Origin: Chiloscyllium plagiosum
Lineage: Eukaryota
Assembly (NCBI RefSeq): GCF_004010195.1
Contig: NC_057718.1
Location: 76,954,079-77,018,078, forward strand
DNA: 64,000 nucleotides
Direction of reading: 5' to 3'
Made by a program: the position numbers and the translations under genes. Shown here in pieces: positions 25,440 to 37,625 of the stretch (within the stretch, counting starts at the first letter, position 1; each line of letters starts with the position of its first letter). The notes below the pieces were generated by a model, which searched no databases, was not told the DNA's origin, and saw nothing but the letters and a program-made list of their open reading frames with translations.

Positions 25440-26190
25440 CCTCCCAAACACACACACACAGACACAGACAGTATCTCTCAAACACACGCACTCTCTCAGG
25501 TGTATAGACTCCCTCAGACGCACACACAATCTCCCAAACACAAACACATGCTGTCTCTCTCTTTCTCTGTCTCTCTCTCTCACGCACACACACTCTCTCT
25601 CCCTCTATATCTCTCTCTCTCTCTCTCTCTCTCTCTCCCCCCCCCACCCCACACCTTCACATGTATATACAGATGCACGCACATATAAATCTGTGGGGTG
25701 AATTTGCATTTGCAGATTTATATTTGCAGATACATTCTGTTTTGCTCAAAAAGCACACAAAGACAATCCATTGAAGTGGTGTTTATAAACTTCTCCTTTG
25801 GAAGTAAAAATCAGTCAGACTCCAAACAATTTCTCATGCCTAAAATACATTTTTAGATTGGAGGTGTCACCTCCTTTATACTGAGAACACCTTAAGTTGT
25901 CTCAGGACAGTGACTTGAAACAAATTCTGGGCTTTGCATATTAATTAATTGAAACCTGCACTCCATTCTAACTGATTAAAGATTTAAGAGCCATCTTATC
26001 TGTGTTCAATTTGTTTGCATGAGTTGTATGACATTTTGATCTTTTCATATATATTCTGTGTCTTCCTCTTTCACTAACACCCGATGACAGAGCAATGCTC
26101 CAAAAGCTATGTTTTCAAATAAATCTGAAGGACCAATAACCTGGTGTCTTGTGATTTTTGACCTTGTCCAACACCGGCACCTTCACATTA
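25440..26190 (+). mobile_element. PLE family B 3' region with CA/CT microsatellite-rich 5' part
   Basis: Ends ccaacaccggcacc like the other family B tails; decayed hammerhead ccgatgacagagcaatgctccaaaagcta at ~26081. Confidence 0.65.
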
Positions 26191-26545
26191 TGAAGGACCT
26201 TATCAAAGACTTTGCTGAGGTCCATGTCGACAACATCAACCATTTTTTCCTCATCAATTACCTTCGTCACCTCCTCAGAAAACTCAATCAAGTTAGTGAG
26301 GCACAACCTTCCCCTTACAAAACCAGGCTATTTATTGCTAATAAGTCCATTTGCTTCTAAATGTATATTGATCTTGTCTCTGAGAATCTTTTTCAATAAT
26401 TCCCCTACCATCAATGTGAGACTTACAAGTCTTTAATTTCCAGGATTATCACTGCTGCCCTTCTTAAACATTGGACAACATTGGCTATTGTACAGTCCTC
26501 TGGGGCCTCACCTGTGGCCAAACAGGATACAAAGATGATTGATTG
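26190..26545 (-). mobile_element. CR1 RT fragment
   Basis: CLTNLIEFSEEVTKVIDEEKMVDVVDMDLSKVFDKV. Confidence 0.88.
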
Positions 26546-27731
26546 TATAAACATAGAGAGCTGGTAATCAGTGAAGTGATTGGTTAACTGAAATAAAGCT
26601 CCCACTTAAACTGTGTATTTGGACACTGTGCAAAATCATATGTCTTCTAGGGTGTAACACGTGAACCTTTGTGTAAGAAAATATGAAATCAAGCCCCGTG
26701 AGAAGACAATAGATCAGTTGGCCAGATACATGTTGAAAGAGGTAGTTTTAAGGATAACAGTGAGATAGACAGGTGGAGAAGGGTGGGAAGGAATTCTAAC
26801 TGCAAGAGTGGATCTATCAACATTGGATTAGCTCAAGAGGCCAGAAATGGATGAGTGCAAAATAGTTGTGAAGCTGGAGAATGTTACAGGAAATAAAGAA
26901 GGAAGAAAATTTAAAAATCAAAACATTGTTTGATTGAGAACCATATATTGGGAATGAAGGGATATGGGAATAGAATAGAAAGATGGAGTGGAAGAAGATC
27001 ACTCGTGATCTTGTTGAATGGAGGACTTGACTTGAATAGACAAATGGCCTACTCCTGCTCTTACTTCTTATGGTTTTCTATAAACAATCATTTTGCTTAT
27101 ATTTCCCAACGTTTCATTTTCTTCTTAAGAAAATGCCTCACCATATAGCTTAGATGCTGGTTGTGATTACTTTCTTTCTACGTGACCACAGCTTAATTTA
27201 ATAATCCGCTTTGAACATGCATCAAGCCTTGTTTTGTTAAGTTTGGCCTATTCCACTTCAGTATCTTCTCCAAATTAGTTAATTTTGCAGTTACTTTCAG
27301 AATCTGGGTCATTTGCATAAACAGGAAACAACAGAGATATCAACACAGTGAAACTCCACTCAATTTTGGCTACTCCACCCAGTGTGACAAAATACCATCA
27401 CTGCAATTCCCTGTTTCAGGTGCGTAGTCAAATTTATGTCTGCTCCATTCTTCAACACTGGATCTTCATGATTTTTAGCAGTGTAAAAATGACAAAGGAC
27501 ACAAAGCTCTTCAATCGCTTTGAGGGGAACATTTTAGCCAGTGTGTGACAAGCCAAACAAGAGGGATTGGTGGGGGTGGAGTCAATTCTAGATTTTCTTT
27601 TAAGGGATTGAAGCATATTTGTGGGAGAAAACATTTGTGTCAATGATCTCAATTCAAGGCAAAAAAGAAAAGTTAATGAGAGCTACCATGAACTTAAACT
27701 ACAGAAAACCTAGTAGATTACAATGAAATTA

Positions 27732-27899
27732 AGTTAAAAATCACACAAGACCAGCTTATAGTCCAACAGGTTCATTTGGAATCACTAGCTTTTGAAGTGC
27801 TGCTTCTTCATCAGCTTCGAAAGCTGGTGATTCCAAATAAACCTGTTGTGTGATTTTGAACTTTGTCCAACCCAGTCCAACACCGGCACCTCCGAATCA
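27732..27899. mobile_element. PLE family B small fold-back
   Basis: Antisense arm to ~27812, sense arm plus tail to 27899; degenerate TSD atgaaattaa/acgaaattaa. Confidence 0.75.
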
Positions 27900-28879
27900 A
27901 CGAAATTAAAGTCAATGAAAGGAAAGCAAGGGGAGATGATGAAAAAGTACTCACACGTCAGACAAAGAAAATGTAAACAGTAAATGATAATTAAGGAAAG
28001 AGTAGGACCTATTAGGAGGTAGGCAAAAGTGAGGACTACAGATGCTGGAAACCAGAGTCTAGATTAGAGTGGTGCTGGAAAAGCACAGCAAGTCAGGCAG
28101 CATCCAAGGAGCAGGAAAATCGATGTTTCGGGCAAAAGCCCTTCATCAGTAATGGAGGCAGGGAGCCTCCAGGGTGGAGAGATAAATGGGGGGTGGAGGG
28201 GGTGGGTCTAGGGAGAAGGTAGCAAAGAGTAGAATAGGTGAATGAGGGTGGAGCTGGAGTTGATAGGGAGGAAACTGTTGAAGTCTACATTGATGCCCTG
28301 GGGTTGAAGTGTTCCGAGGCGGAAGATGAGGTATTTGACTTCCAGGTGTCAGGTAGTGAGGAGACCCAGGACCTCTATGTCGTCGGCAGAGTGGGAGGGG
28401 GAGTTGAAATGTTGGACCACGGGGCGGTGGGGTTGATTGGTGCGGGTGTCCCGGAGATGTTCCTTAAAACGCTCTGCGAGGAGGAGTCTGGTCTCCCCAA
28501 TGTAGAGGAAACTGCATCAGGAGCAATGGATACAATAAATGACATTGGTGGATGTGCAGGTGAAACTTTGATGGATATGAAAGGCTCCTTTGGGGCCTTG
28601 GATGGAGGTGAGGGAGGAGGTGTGTGAGCAGGTTTTGCAATTCCTATGGTGGCAGGGGAACGTGTCAGGATGGGTGGATGGGTTTTTGGGGGGTATGGAC
28701 CTGACCAGGTAGTCAAAGAGGGGATGGTCTTTGCAGAATGCAGAAAGGAGTGGTGAAATATATCTCTGGTGGTGGGGACCGTTTGGAGGTGGCGGAAATG
28801 TCAGCGGATGATGCGGTTTATGTGAAAGTTGGTAGGGTGGAAGGGTAGGACCAGGGGGGTTCTGTCCTTGTACACATTC

Positions 28880-29509
28880 GAGAACCAGCCACACCCTCCA
28901 CCTCCTCCAAGGCTTCCGTTTCCCCGGCCCCCAACACCTCATCTTCACCATGGACATCTAGTCCCTCTACACCTCCATCCGCCATGACCAGGGCCTGCAA
29001 GACCTCTGTTTCGTCCTCTCCTGACATTTCCAACAGTACCCTTCCACCGACACTCTCATTCGTTTGGTTGAACTGGTCCTCACCCTTATCAATTTCACCT
29101 TCAAATCCTCCCACTTCCTCCAGACCAAAGGGGTAGTCATGGGCATCCGTATGGGCCCCAGCTATGCCTGTCTCTTTGTCGGCTACGTAGAACAATCCAG
29201 CTTCCTTAGTTACACCGGCACCACTCCCCACCTCTTCCTCCGCTACATTGATGACTGCATCGATGCCACCACGTGCTCCCGCGAGGAGGTTGAGCAGTTC
29301 ATCAACTTCACCAACACATTCCACCCTGACATTAAATTCACCTGGACTATCTCTGACACCTCCCTCCCCCTCCTGGACCTCTCCATCTCCATTAATGATG
29401 ACCGACTTTGACACTGACATTTTTTACAAACCCAACAACTCCCACACCTACCTGGATTACACCTCTTCCCACCCTACCTCCTGCAAAAATGCTATCCCGT
29501 ATTCCCAAT
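28880..29509 (+). pseudogene. PLE reverse transcriptase (disrupted)
   Basis: ORF 29064-29411 with RYIDD; in-frame stops upstream and a frameshift near 29405. Confidence 0.88.
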
Positions 29510-30095
29510 NNNNNNNNNNNNNNNNNNNNNNNNNNNNNNNNNNNNNNNNNNNNNNNNNNNNNNNNNNNNNNNNNNNNNNNNNNNNNNNNNNNNNNNNNNN
29601 NNNNNNNNNNNNNNNNNNNNNNNNNNNNNNNNNNNNNNNNNNNNNNNNNNNNNNNNNNNNNNNNNNNNNNNNNNNNNNNNNNNNNNNNNNNNNNNNNNNN
29701 NNNNNNNNNNNNNNNNNNNNNNNNNNNNNNNNNNNNNNNNNNNNNNNNNNNNNNNNNNNNNNNNNNNNNNNNNNNNNNNNNNNNNNNNNNNNNNNNNNNN
29801 NNNNNNNNNNNNNNNNNNNNNNNNNNNNNNNNNNNNNNNNNNNNNNNNNNNNNNNNNNNNNNNNNNNNNNNNNNNNNNNNNNNNNNNNNNNNNNNNNNNN
29901 NNNNNNNNNNNNNNNNNNNNNNNNNNNNNNNNNNNNNNNNNNNNNNNNNNNNNNNNNNNNNNNNNNNNNNNNNNNNNNNNNNNNNNNNNNNNNNNNNNNN
30001 NNNNNNNNNNNNNNNNNNNNNNNNNNNNNNNNNNNNNNNNNNNNNNNNNNNNNNNNNNNNNNNNNNNNNNNNNNNNNNNNNNNNNNNNNNNNNNN
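29510..30095. other. Assembly gap (586 N)
   Basis: Direct reading. Confidence 1.
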
Positions 30096-30370
30096 CATGA
30101 CCTGTCCTACCTGCCAATCTCCCTTCCCACCTATCTGCTCCACCCTCCTCTCTGACCTATCATCTCCATCCCCACGCCCATTCACCTATTGTACTCTTTG
30201 CTACCTTCTCCCCAGCTCTCCCCCCATTTATCTCTCCACCCTGGAGTCTCCCTGCCTCCATTCCTGATGAAGGGCTTTTGCCTGAAACATCGATTTTCTT
30301 GCTCCTCGGATGCTGCCTGACCTGCTGTGCTTTTCCAGCACCACTCTAATCTAGACCCTATTAGGAGGTA

Positions 30371-31015
30371 AATGATGTGGGTAATGTTCTTAATGAATAT
30401 TTCGAGCCTGTGTTCATAAAGGTGGGAAGCAATGATGAGATAATGGTTAAGCAAGAAGAGACTGAAATATTGGATGGTTTAAACTCTGTCAGAGAAGAAC
30501 TATTGGAAGATTTTGGATCATTTAAAATAAATAAATCACCAGTATCAGAAAGAATGTATCCCAGGTTGTTAGAAAAAACAAACAAGGGAGGACGTTGTCA
30601 AAGCTCTGATTATCATATTTCAATCCTCAATGGTTATAGGAAAAATGCCAGAGGATTGGTTGTTTGCCAAAGGGAGGCCAATGTTTCAAAGAAGAGTGAT
30701 TAATAATCTGGGTAATTATAGTTTAACTTTGACTGTGAACAAATTCTCGTGATCGATTTTGAGAAATCCATTTAGAATAGCACAGATTAGTCAAGGAAAG
30801 TTTGCATTAATTTGTGAATGGAAGTTCTTCTCTGATTAACAATTATTTTGTAATGATTGACATGTGGGGTTAATGAGAGCACTACAGTGCATGGAGTTAC
30901 ATGGATTTTTCACTTTTGGAAAGATCTCACATGGCAAGCTTTCCAAAAACAAAAAGATTCCTTGAAATTCAAGGATATCGCAATTGGGATCTACATTGGT
31001 TTAATGGCAGGAAGA
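30371..31015 (+). mobile_element. Old CR1 ORF2 fragment (also 27900-28020)
   Basis: VLNEYFEPVF...INKSPVSERMYPRLL. Confidence 0.75.
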
Positions 31016-31985
31016 CATTTAGATTTAGATTTAGATTTAAATTTAGATTTAGGTTTGATTATCACTGGTACTCAGTATGGGGTACAAGAGTACAGTGGAG
31101 ATAGTGAGGACTGCAGTCTGGAAAAGACAGTGTCGATAAAGTGTGGTGCTGGAAAAAGTACAGCAAGTCAGGCAGCATCTGAGGAGCAAGAGAGTCAATG
31201 TTTTGGACTTGACCCCTCATCAGGACTGAAAAGTGTGCAATGTCACCATACACGGTACCATCTTAGGTACAAGCTACCTAAATACAAAATCTTAGTTGCA
31301 GAAGTAGATAAATAAATAAATTTAAAAAGTTCAGCACTGCCATCTTTTTAGTATAAAAGTAGAAAAGTATAGAAATAAAGTTACAAAGTCAAACATTACA
31401 GTCTTTTCTTAAGTTATGGGCCTGCAGATGCTCCAAGCTTGGCTTTCCCCTAGAAGATTCACTCTCTCTTGTGCTGGGCATCCTTTTACCTGCATTGGAC
31501 TAAGCCCCACCCATGCTCATCAGCTGCCTTTGCCACTGACCACCATTGCTGACCTTCATTGGACACACCAGGCTTTGCTCCTGCTGTCATCCTTCGTGAT
31601 TGACTGTTGCTGCTACCAGCTTTCACCACTGCTGCCTCATCGTTGACGGGCTTGCACCAGGCCCCAGGTGCAATCATGCTTTGTTGCCAGGTTAGCGCCT
31701 TGCTGCAGAGTCATGCTCTGGCCATCCATGAAGCTGAGATACCCCTGACTGCCAGAGTTCTGCCCGAGCACACCAGCTGCCTCATGGCCGGTTACTAAGG
31801 TTCCCCAGCCACTGCCGTCGCTGCTGCTGCATCCACAACCGAGCTCCCTTCAGAAGGTAAGTAGGGAATGAAAAAAAACTGGAAGAACTAAAAGAAAAAA
31901 GCGAGAAAAGAGGAAAGAAGAAGAAAGACAAGCGGCCGGAGTGGACGTGTTCCGGTCAGGCGCTCTACTCTGCCGCCATCTTGCT
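31016..31985 (-). mobile_element. Non-autonomous retroelement with (TCTAAA)n tail; contains a PLE family A fragment at ~31098-31228
   Basis: Minus strand starts caagatggcggcag (YY1-like motif) and ends in a hexamer tail with a 3' motif resembling the Rex1 element end at 43420-43468. Confidence 0.5.
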
Positions 31986-32860
31986 TGCGCAGAAATATGA
32001 CCATAAGAAGATACAATTAAGGTGTCTGCTCCACCATTTAATAACATCATGGCTGATTTGGTAACAATCTCAAATCCACATTCCAACCTATCCTGACGCA
32101 TTTTTACCACCTTGCTTTTACAATGATCTATGTCTTGAAAATATTCAAAAACTCAGAGACAGGTCTGAGTGATGTGGGCTTTGGTGAGATGTGTGGCAGA
32201 ATTAGGGAACTAGGCTGGTGAAGCGCATCTCAATGTTGAGCCGTTTTGACTTTACCTTTAATACTTTTCTCAAGTGGTGTGACAAGATTCTTGATAGACA
32301 GCAGTGAGATGCCAATTGATGGGGATTAACGCTTGTTAAACACTTTGTTAAAGCCATAACTCACCTCATTAAAATTTAGCCCCTCATTTTACCAAACTCA
32401 GTAAACAAGCTTGACATTGGGAAAACTCAGCAAAAAAAACTAAAGCAAGCATTTAACAGAATCAACTCATCGCTTGCTCCAAATAACATCAATGTTGAAA
32501 AATAGGCTGCAACATGTCAGGGCATGACTCATAGACACCAGACACATACACACGCACACATCATATGCTCAGACATGGGCATCTGACATGTGCCAGTACT
32601 ACACTTTTGGCTGCATTGGCAACTATCATTGTCATGCTGCTGCAGTACTCTGACCACTCAGGAGCACACACTCAGCTCATAGACTGGACTCTTTGCTTGC
32701 TGTCATTGGGCTCACTCAATTTGACCCTACCTAAATTTTCACAGCATCACTGCCTTGCTTTTGAGCTCTCCGTCCCTCAGCCAAAGATACCAAGCTCATA
32801 GTATTGCCATCTTGCCGCACTGTTTGGTGCAGACATAAAGCTAGGATGCTTGCCATAATT

Positions 32861-33085
32861 AGAGTGATGCTGGAAGGGCACAGCAGGTCAGGTAGCATCC
32901 GAGGAGCAGGGAAATTGACGTTTTGGGCAGCAGCCCTTCATTTGGAATTCTGGATTCCTGATGAAGGGCTCGTGCCCGAAATGTCCATTTTCCTGCTCCT
33001 CGGATGCTGCCTGACCTGCTGTGCTCTTCCAGCACTACTCTAATCTTGACTCTAATCTCCAGCATCTGCAGTCCTCACTTTCGCC
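32861..33085. mobile_element. PLE family A fold-back
   Basis: Inverted arms with ~40-nt tail on the right; hammerhead core at 32958; TSD tgcttgccataatt at 32847-32860 and 33086-33099. Confidence 0.92.
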
Positions 33086-33229
33086 TGCTTGCCATAATTG
33101 TCAGCAGGCCTCAGTCAAGTGAAGGTGGGATAGCCTTTGGTCAGGGGATCCCAGCACAGTAAGTTGAGGGCAGTCTCTGATACCGTCCAGGTCTAGCTCA
33201 GGGTGGGCAAATTCAGGATCCTCTCCTCT

Positions 33230-33510
33230 TAACATAAGAACATGAAAAGGTAAAAACTAGGAAGCAGGAGTAGGCAACACAGCCCTTCGAGCCTGCTTTG
33301 GCATTTGATACCATCATGGCTGATCTCTCATTCCTGATGAAGGGCTGTGGCCCAAAACATCGATTTTCATGCTCCTCAGATGCTGCCTGACCTGCTGTGC
33401 TTTTCCAGCAACACACTCTCAACTTATCTTGGCTTCAACTCATTTTCCTGCCCACTCCCCATAACCTGTTAACCTATTACTAGATAAAAATCTATCTATC
33501 TGTCTTAACC
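33230..33510 (-). mobile_element. CR1 3' end interrupted by a PLE family A fragment (33329-33422, + strand)
   Basis: aacataagaacat tail; PLE core ctgatga at 33334 with GAAA mutated to AAAA. Confidence 0.75.
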
Positions 33511-33899
33511 AGGGTGAGGAGCTAAATGATCTGGTCGACATGGACAAGTTGGACCGAAGTGTCTGTTTCCGAAGCATACATCTCTATGAATCTGTGACAA
33601 GTAGCACATCAAATGTCAACAGCTTCTATTGTTTTCCTCACGGAACAAAAGAGAGGCAGGTAGGTTGGTGCAGCTGTTTCTATTAGCGCAGGTGGGAAGG
33701 TGTCCTGAGCAAGTATGTATGGTTTTGGTTTTTGATTTTGGGGACTGGAGTGGGTGAGAGCAATAGAAAAATCTTACAGGCAACATTGAGAGTAGTAAAG
33801 CATGAGCTGTGTACAGTAGCCAAGATAGAGTGAGTGTGAGATATCAGACAGAAGATGTTGGCATTTACATGGTGGAGTGGAGAAGGACATTGATCTTCT

Positions 33900-34192
33900 T
33901 GATTAGATTACTTACAGTGTGGAAACAGGCCCTTCGGCCCAACAAGTCCACACCGACCGTCCGAAGAACAATCCACCCAGACCCATTCCCCTACATTGAC
34001 CCCTTAACCTAACACTATGAGCAATTTAGCATGGCCAATTCACCTAACCTGCACATTTTTGGACTGTGGGAGGAAACCCACGCACACACGGGGAGAATGT
34101 GCAAACTCCACACAAACAGTTGCCTGAGGCGGGAATTGAACCCGGGTCTCTGGCGCTGTGAGGCAGCAGTGCTAACCACTGTGCTACTGTGC
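33900..34192 (-). mobile_element. HE1-like SINE
   Basis: Reverse complement of the 11602 SINE. Confidence 0.92.
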
Positions 34193-34479
34193 ATGCTATT
34201 CTTCCTACAGTGCTGGGCACTTTTCCAAATTGCTGAAACTGCACTGACTCAGGTCGCACCCCTGGACCAGGCTGTCATACTACAGGTCCTGGGGGCCACG
34301 GGAAATTCTATATTGACCCACCCATCCATAAGATCTCTAGAACCCTTGTTGCAATGCAGGGTGCTGATTTCCTGTTGTCAACTGCATCTGGGGCCAATTT
34401 TAGCCACCTTGCAGGGCAGCACTGGACTAACAGTGCTTGTATGGGTGCAGAATAGGCTTTTAAAAATGATGTGAGTGCA

Positions 34480-35372
34480 AAACATGCTGGTGAATTCTGG
34501 GATACCTGCTAAAGGTTGAGTTTTTCTTGGAATAGCACATGATGAAATGGGCAGAGATTGGACCTGAGAGACGCATAAGGGCATTGTAGGTACTTACTTT
34601 GGTGAGTAAGATATAGTGAGAAAACTCACTAGGCTTCACTGCAACAAATCCTTCAGTTGACGCAACTTGGGAGGACAATAATTGGTGAACAGGGAGAATA
34701 TTAGGTATATGTCTGTAGCTGCATAAAGCTTGCAGAACAGGTCAATACGGTGGCTAAATAGGGATATAACATTCTTACCTTTATTGGGGAAGGTAGGAAA
34801 CTAAAGAGCAGAGAGGTTATGTTAAAATTGAAGACTCCAACTTGATCACCGTATTGAGTTGTGGTCACCACATTTAGAGGAATGATGTAATTACAATGGA
34901 GAGATTGCAAAAGAACTTTATGACGATATTGTTAGGGCTTGAAAATGTTATCCATCAGGAATGATTGGATAAACTATGTTTGTTTTCTTTGGACCAGAAG
35001 GTAGGAGGTAACTTAACTTAGGCATGTAAAATTGTGAAGGTCCAAGATAGAGGAATTAAGGATTACCTATTTACTACAGCAGAATGGTTAAAAAAATCAG
35101 GTAGTACAAATTAAAGAACAGAAGGATTCGATTGAAGATGAGAAAGGATTTCCACTTAGACCATGCTAGTGACCTGGAGTTCACTGCCTCAAAGGTTAGT
35201 AGATGTAGAAACTCTCGCCGTGTTTAAAAAGTACTTGGATGTCTACTTGAACAGCTATGACCACTGCCTACAGGGTTATAGACCAGGTGCAGAAAGGTAT
35301 CTGCTCTTCATCAACTGACACAGAGTTGATAGGCTGAATAGCTTCCTGTGTCATGAACTTTCTGTGATTTCT
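34480..35372 (+). mobile_element. Old CR1 3' fragment
   Basis: Decayed RT C-terminus and 3' UTR. Confidence 0.65.
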
Positions 35373-36869
35373 ATAACATCAATAAATTTTACTTCACATG
35401 AAACTTTGTGAAAAGCTTTCTGCAAATCCAGGTAAATTATATTGAAGTGATTTCAACTCTCTGGTACATCTGTAAAATCCCCAAAGGAGCAAGCTTCATC
35501 TTATATTTTCTAAAATAATGTCAGCCAATTCATATCCTAAATTAATGTTCTTCCAGCCAACTACTTAGAATTCAGAAAGAATGTTCCATCGAGGACAGGG
35601 CTCAGATTAACATTAGAATTCATGCAAAGATGTTACTGACAGTGGACAGAGAGGTACAACCTATATACTAGAATTGTCAGGAATATTTTTGCAAGGCTCC
35701 ACATTGATGCTATATGGTTGAAATTAATCTTCCATGGACAGGATGGGCTTAAAAGCAGGAACTGAAAGATGACAATTATTGGGGACATTTCAGACTGGAA
35801 GCACTTTATATTGAATCAGTGAAGACAAATGCAACTTCAGTTTTCTAGTTTACCTTTATTTTGTGAATGTGCAGCTGTTGTTTATTGGTGTGAGTTTACG
35901 TACAATAGGATGTTTTACAACAAAGTAGTGCTTATGTTATCTCCCATAAAATAAGAAACCGAGCATAGATATCATGATATTGAAGAATCCAATGAATGTC
36001 TAATAAAAGGAATTAACATGTATAAACACTGCATTTCAAAAGTATGCAAGTATCTAGACTGGTATTAAACTATGAGGTTGCAACCGTGGAGCATATTTCC
36101 AATAGTGTCATGCTTCAAGTGATTTGAGTTAAGATGGAGTATGAGATTTTTACTTAAGGTCCCATATATGTAACGACTAGGGATGATGCCATTAGCATGT
36201 CTCTTAAAGGCATACTGACATACTGACCATAACACATAACACAACACACCTCACTAAGTTATGAGCAATATAACTAGCAGTTACCTAGTAGTTGTCCCAT
36301 CAAATCACTATAACAATCTGAGTTGTATTGGTAATGATGTCACAAACTGTAATTCTAATACAGGTACACACGTAAGATAAGAGATAGCAGAATACTGCTA
36401 TTTTTCCAAAACTAATTATTACTGAGTTGTCTCATCATACTGAGAGGGGAAACCCCTGCTGACTCCCACTCAGTATGGTTAGCAATGAGGTTAGTGTTAA
36501 AACCACCTGAATTAAGAAATAATTGTATTCATTGTTGGAGACTTGAAGTAGTGGCCCTTTTACACAAGACATTTTGCCTAAATTTGACTTATTCAATCTG
36601 GAAAATGTAATTAAACTGATATTGTGGTAGATTTATATGTAATTTTTAAAAATCAAAACAATAACATTCCTTTTTTCATGAACTGCTGTTTCTAATGAAT
36701 TTGAGTTAACAAAATAACCTCTTCATTAATCAATGCCTAAAATTAACATACATGTGACATCCTAAATTGTTATATGAATTTATAACATCTACAGGATCTA
36801 TGCAGAAAACAATACACATGCAATTTATGCCTTTTATGCTGAGTCTCTAACAATACTATTTTTTGAAAT

Positions 36870-37625
36870 AGCTTTGTGAAAGGGAAATCACATTTGACAA
36901 ATTTACTGAAGTCCATTGTGGACATAACAAGCAGAGTTGATAAAAAGGAACTGGTAGATGAAGTGTATTTGGAATTCCAGAAGGCATTCTATATGGTGCC
37001 ACATACAAGCTTAATGTACAAGATAGGAACTTACAATATTGGGGGTAATGTAATAGTGTGGGTTGAGGATTAGTTAAAACACAGAGAGTTGGAATTAATA
37101 TGTCTTTTTTAGGTTGCTACGATGTAACCAGTGGAGTACGAGAAGGATCAGTCTTAGGGATTCAAGTATCTCCTATCTGTATTAATTATTTGAAAGAGGG
37201 AACTGAGAGTAATGTATCCAATATTGTTTGATGATCCAAATATAGGTGGGAGGGCACGTTGTAGTATGGAATCTGCAAGAGGATATAGGTAGGTTGAGTG
37301 AGTGACAAAAACTTGGCAAATGGAGTTGAATGTAGGAAAATATGAGGTCATGCACACTTAGTAGGAAGAATCAAAAGACAGACTATTATCTAAAATGGAG
37401 CAGCATAGAAAGAGTTGAGTGTCTTGTGCATGAAAACAAAAGAAGTTAGCATACGCATGCAGCAAATAATTAAGAAGGCAATTAAAATTTTGGTAATTAT
37501 TGCGAAGGAGTTAGAGTTAGAAAATAGGGACATCTTGTTACAACAGTACACAGTGTTTGTGAGACAACATCTTGGGTATTGTGTACAGATTTGGCGTCCA
37601 TTTTTAAGAAAGGATGCATTTGGAG
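36870..37625 (+). mobile_element. CR1 RT fragment, continuing at 39320-39800
   Basis: KGKSHLTNLL...VYLEFQKAF; RQHLGYCVQIWRPFLRKD; collinear across the LTR. Confidence 0.85.

Larger units (their letters stand above)
28022..30356. mobile_element. Penelope-like element with inverted terminal repeats: antisense tail/repeat/GIY-YIG (28022-28870), then sense RT and 3' repeat
   Basis: RT motifs KGVVMGIRMGPSYACLFVG, LFLRYIDD, IPYSQ; EN motif FTCTSTNVIYCIHC; TSD cctattaggaggta at 28008-28021 and 30357-30370. Confidence 0.93.

Noticed and set aside
25374..25688. His/Thr/Ser-Leu-rich ORFs
   Set aside because: CA/CT microsatellite translation.
28818..29420. 200-aa minus-strand ORF
   Set aside because: Antisense shadow of the C-rich PLE RT.
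29248..30267. Longest ORFs in the track (230-339 aa)
   Set aside because: Artefacts of translating through the N gap.
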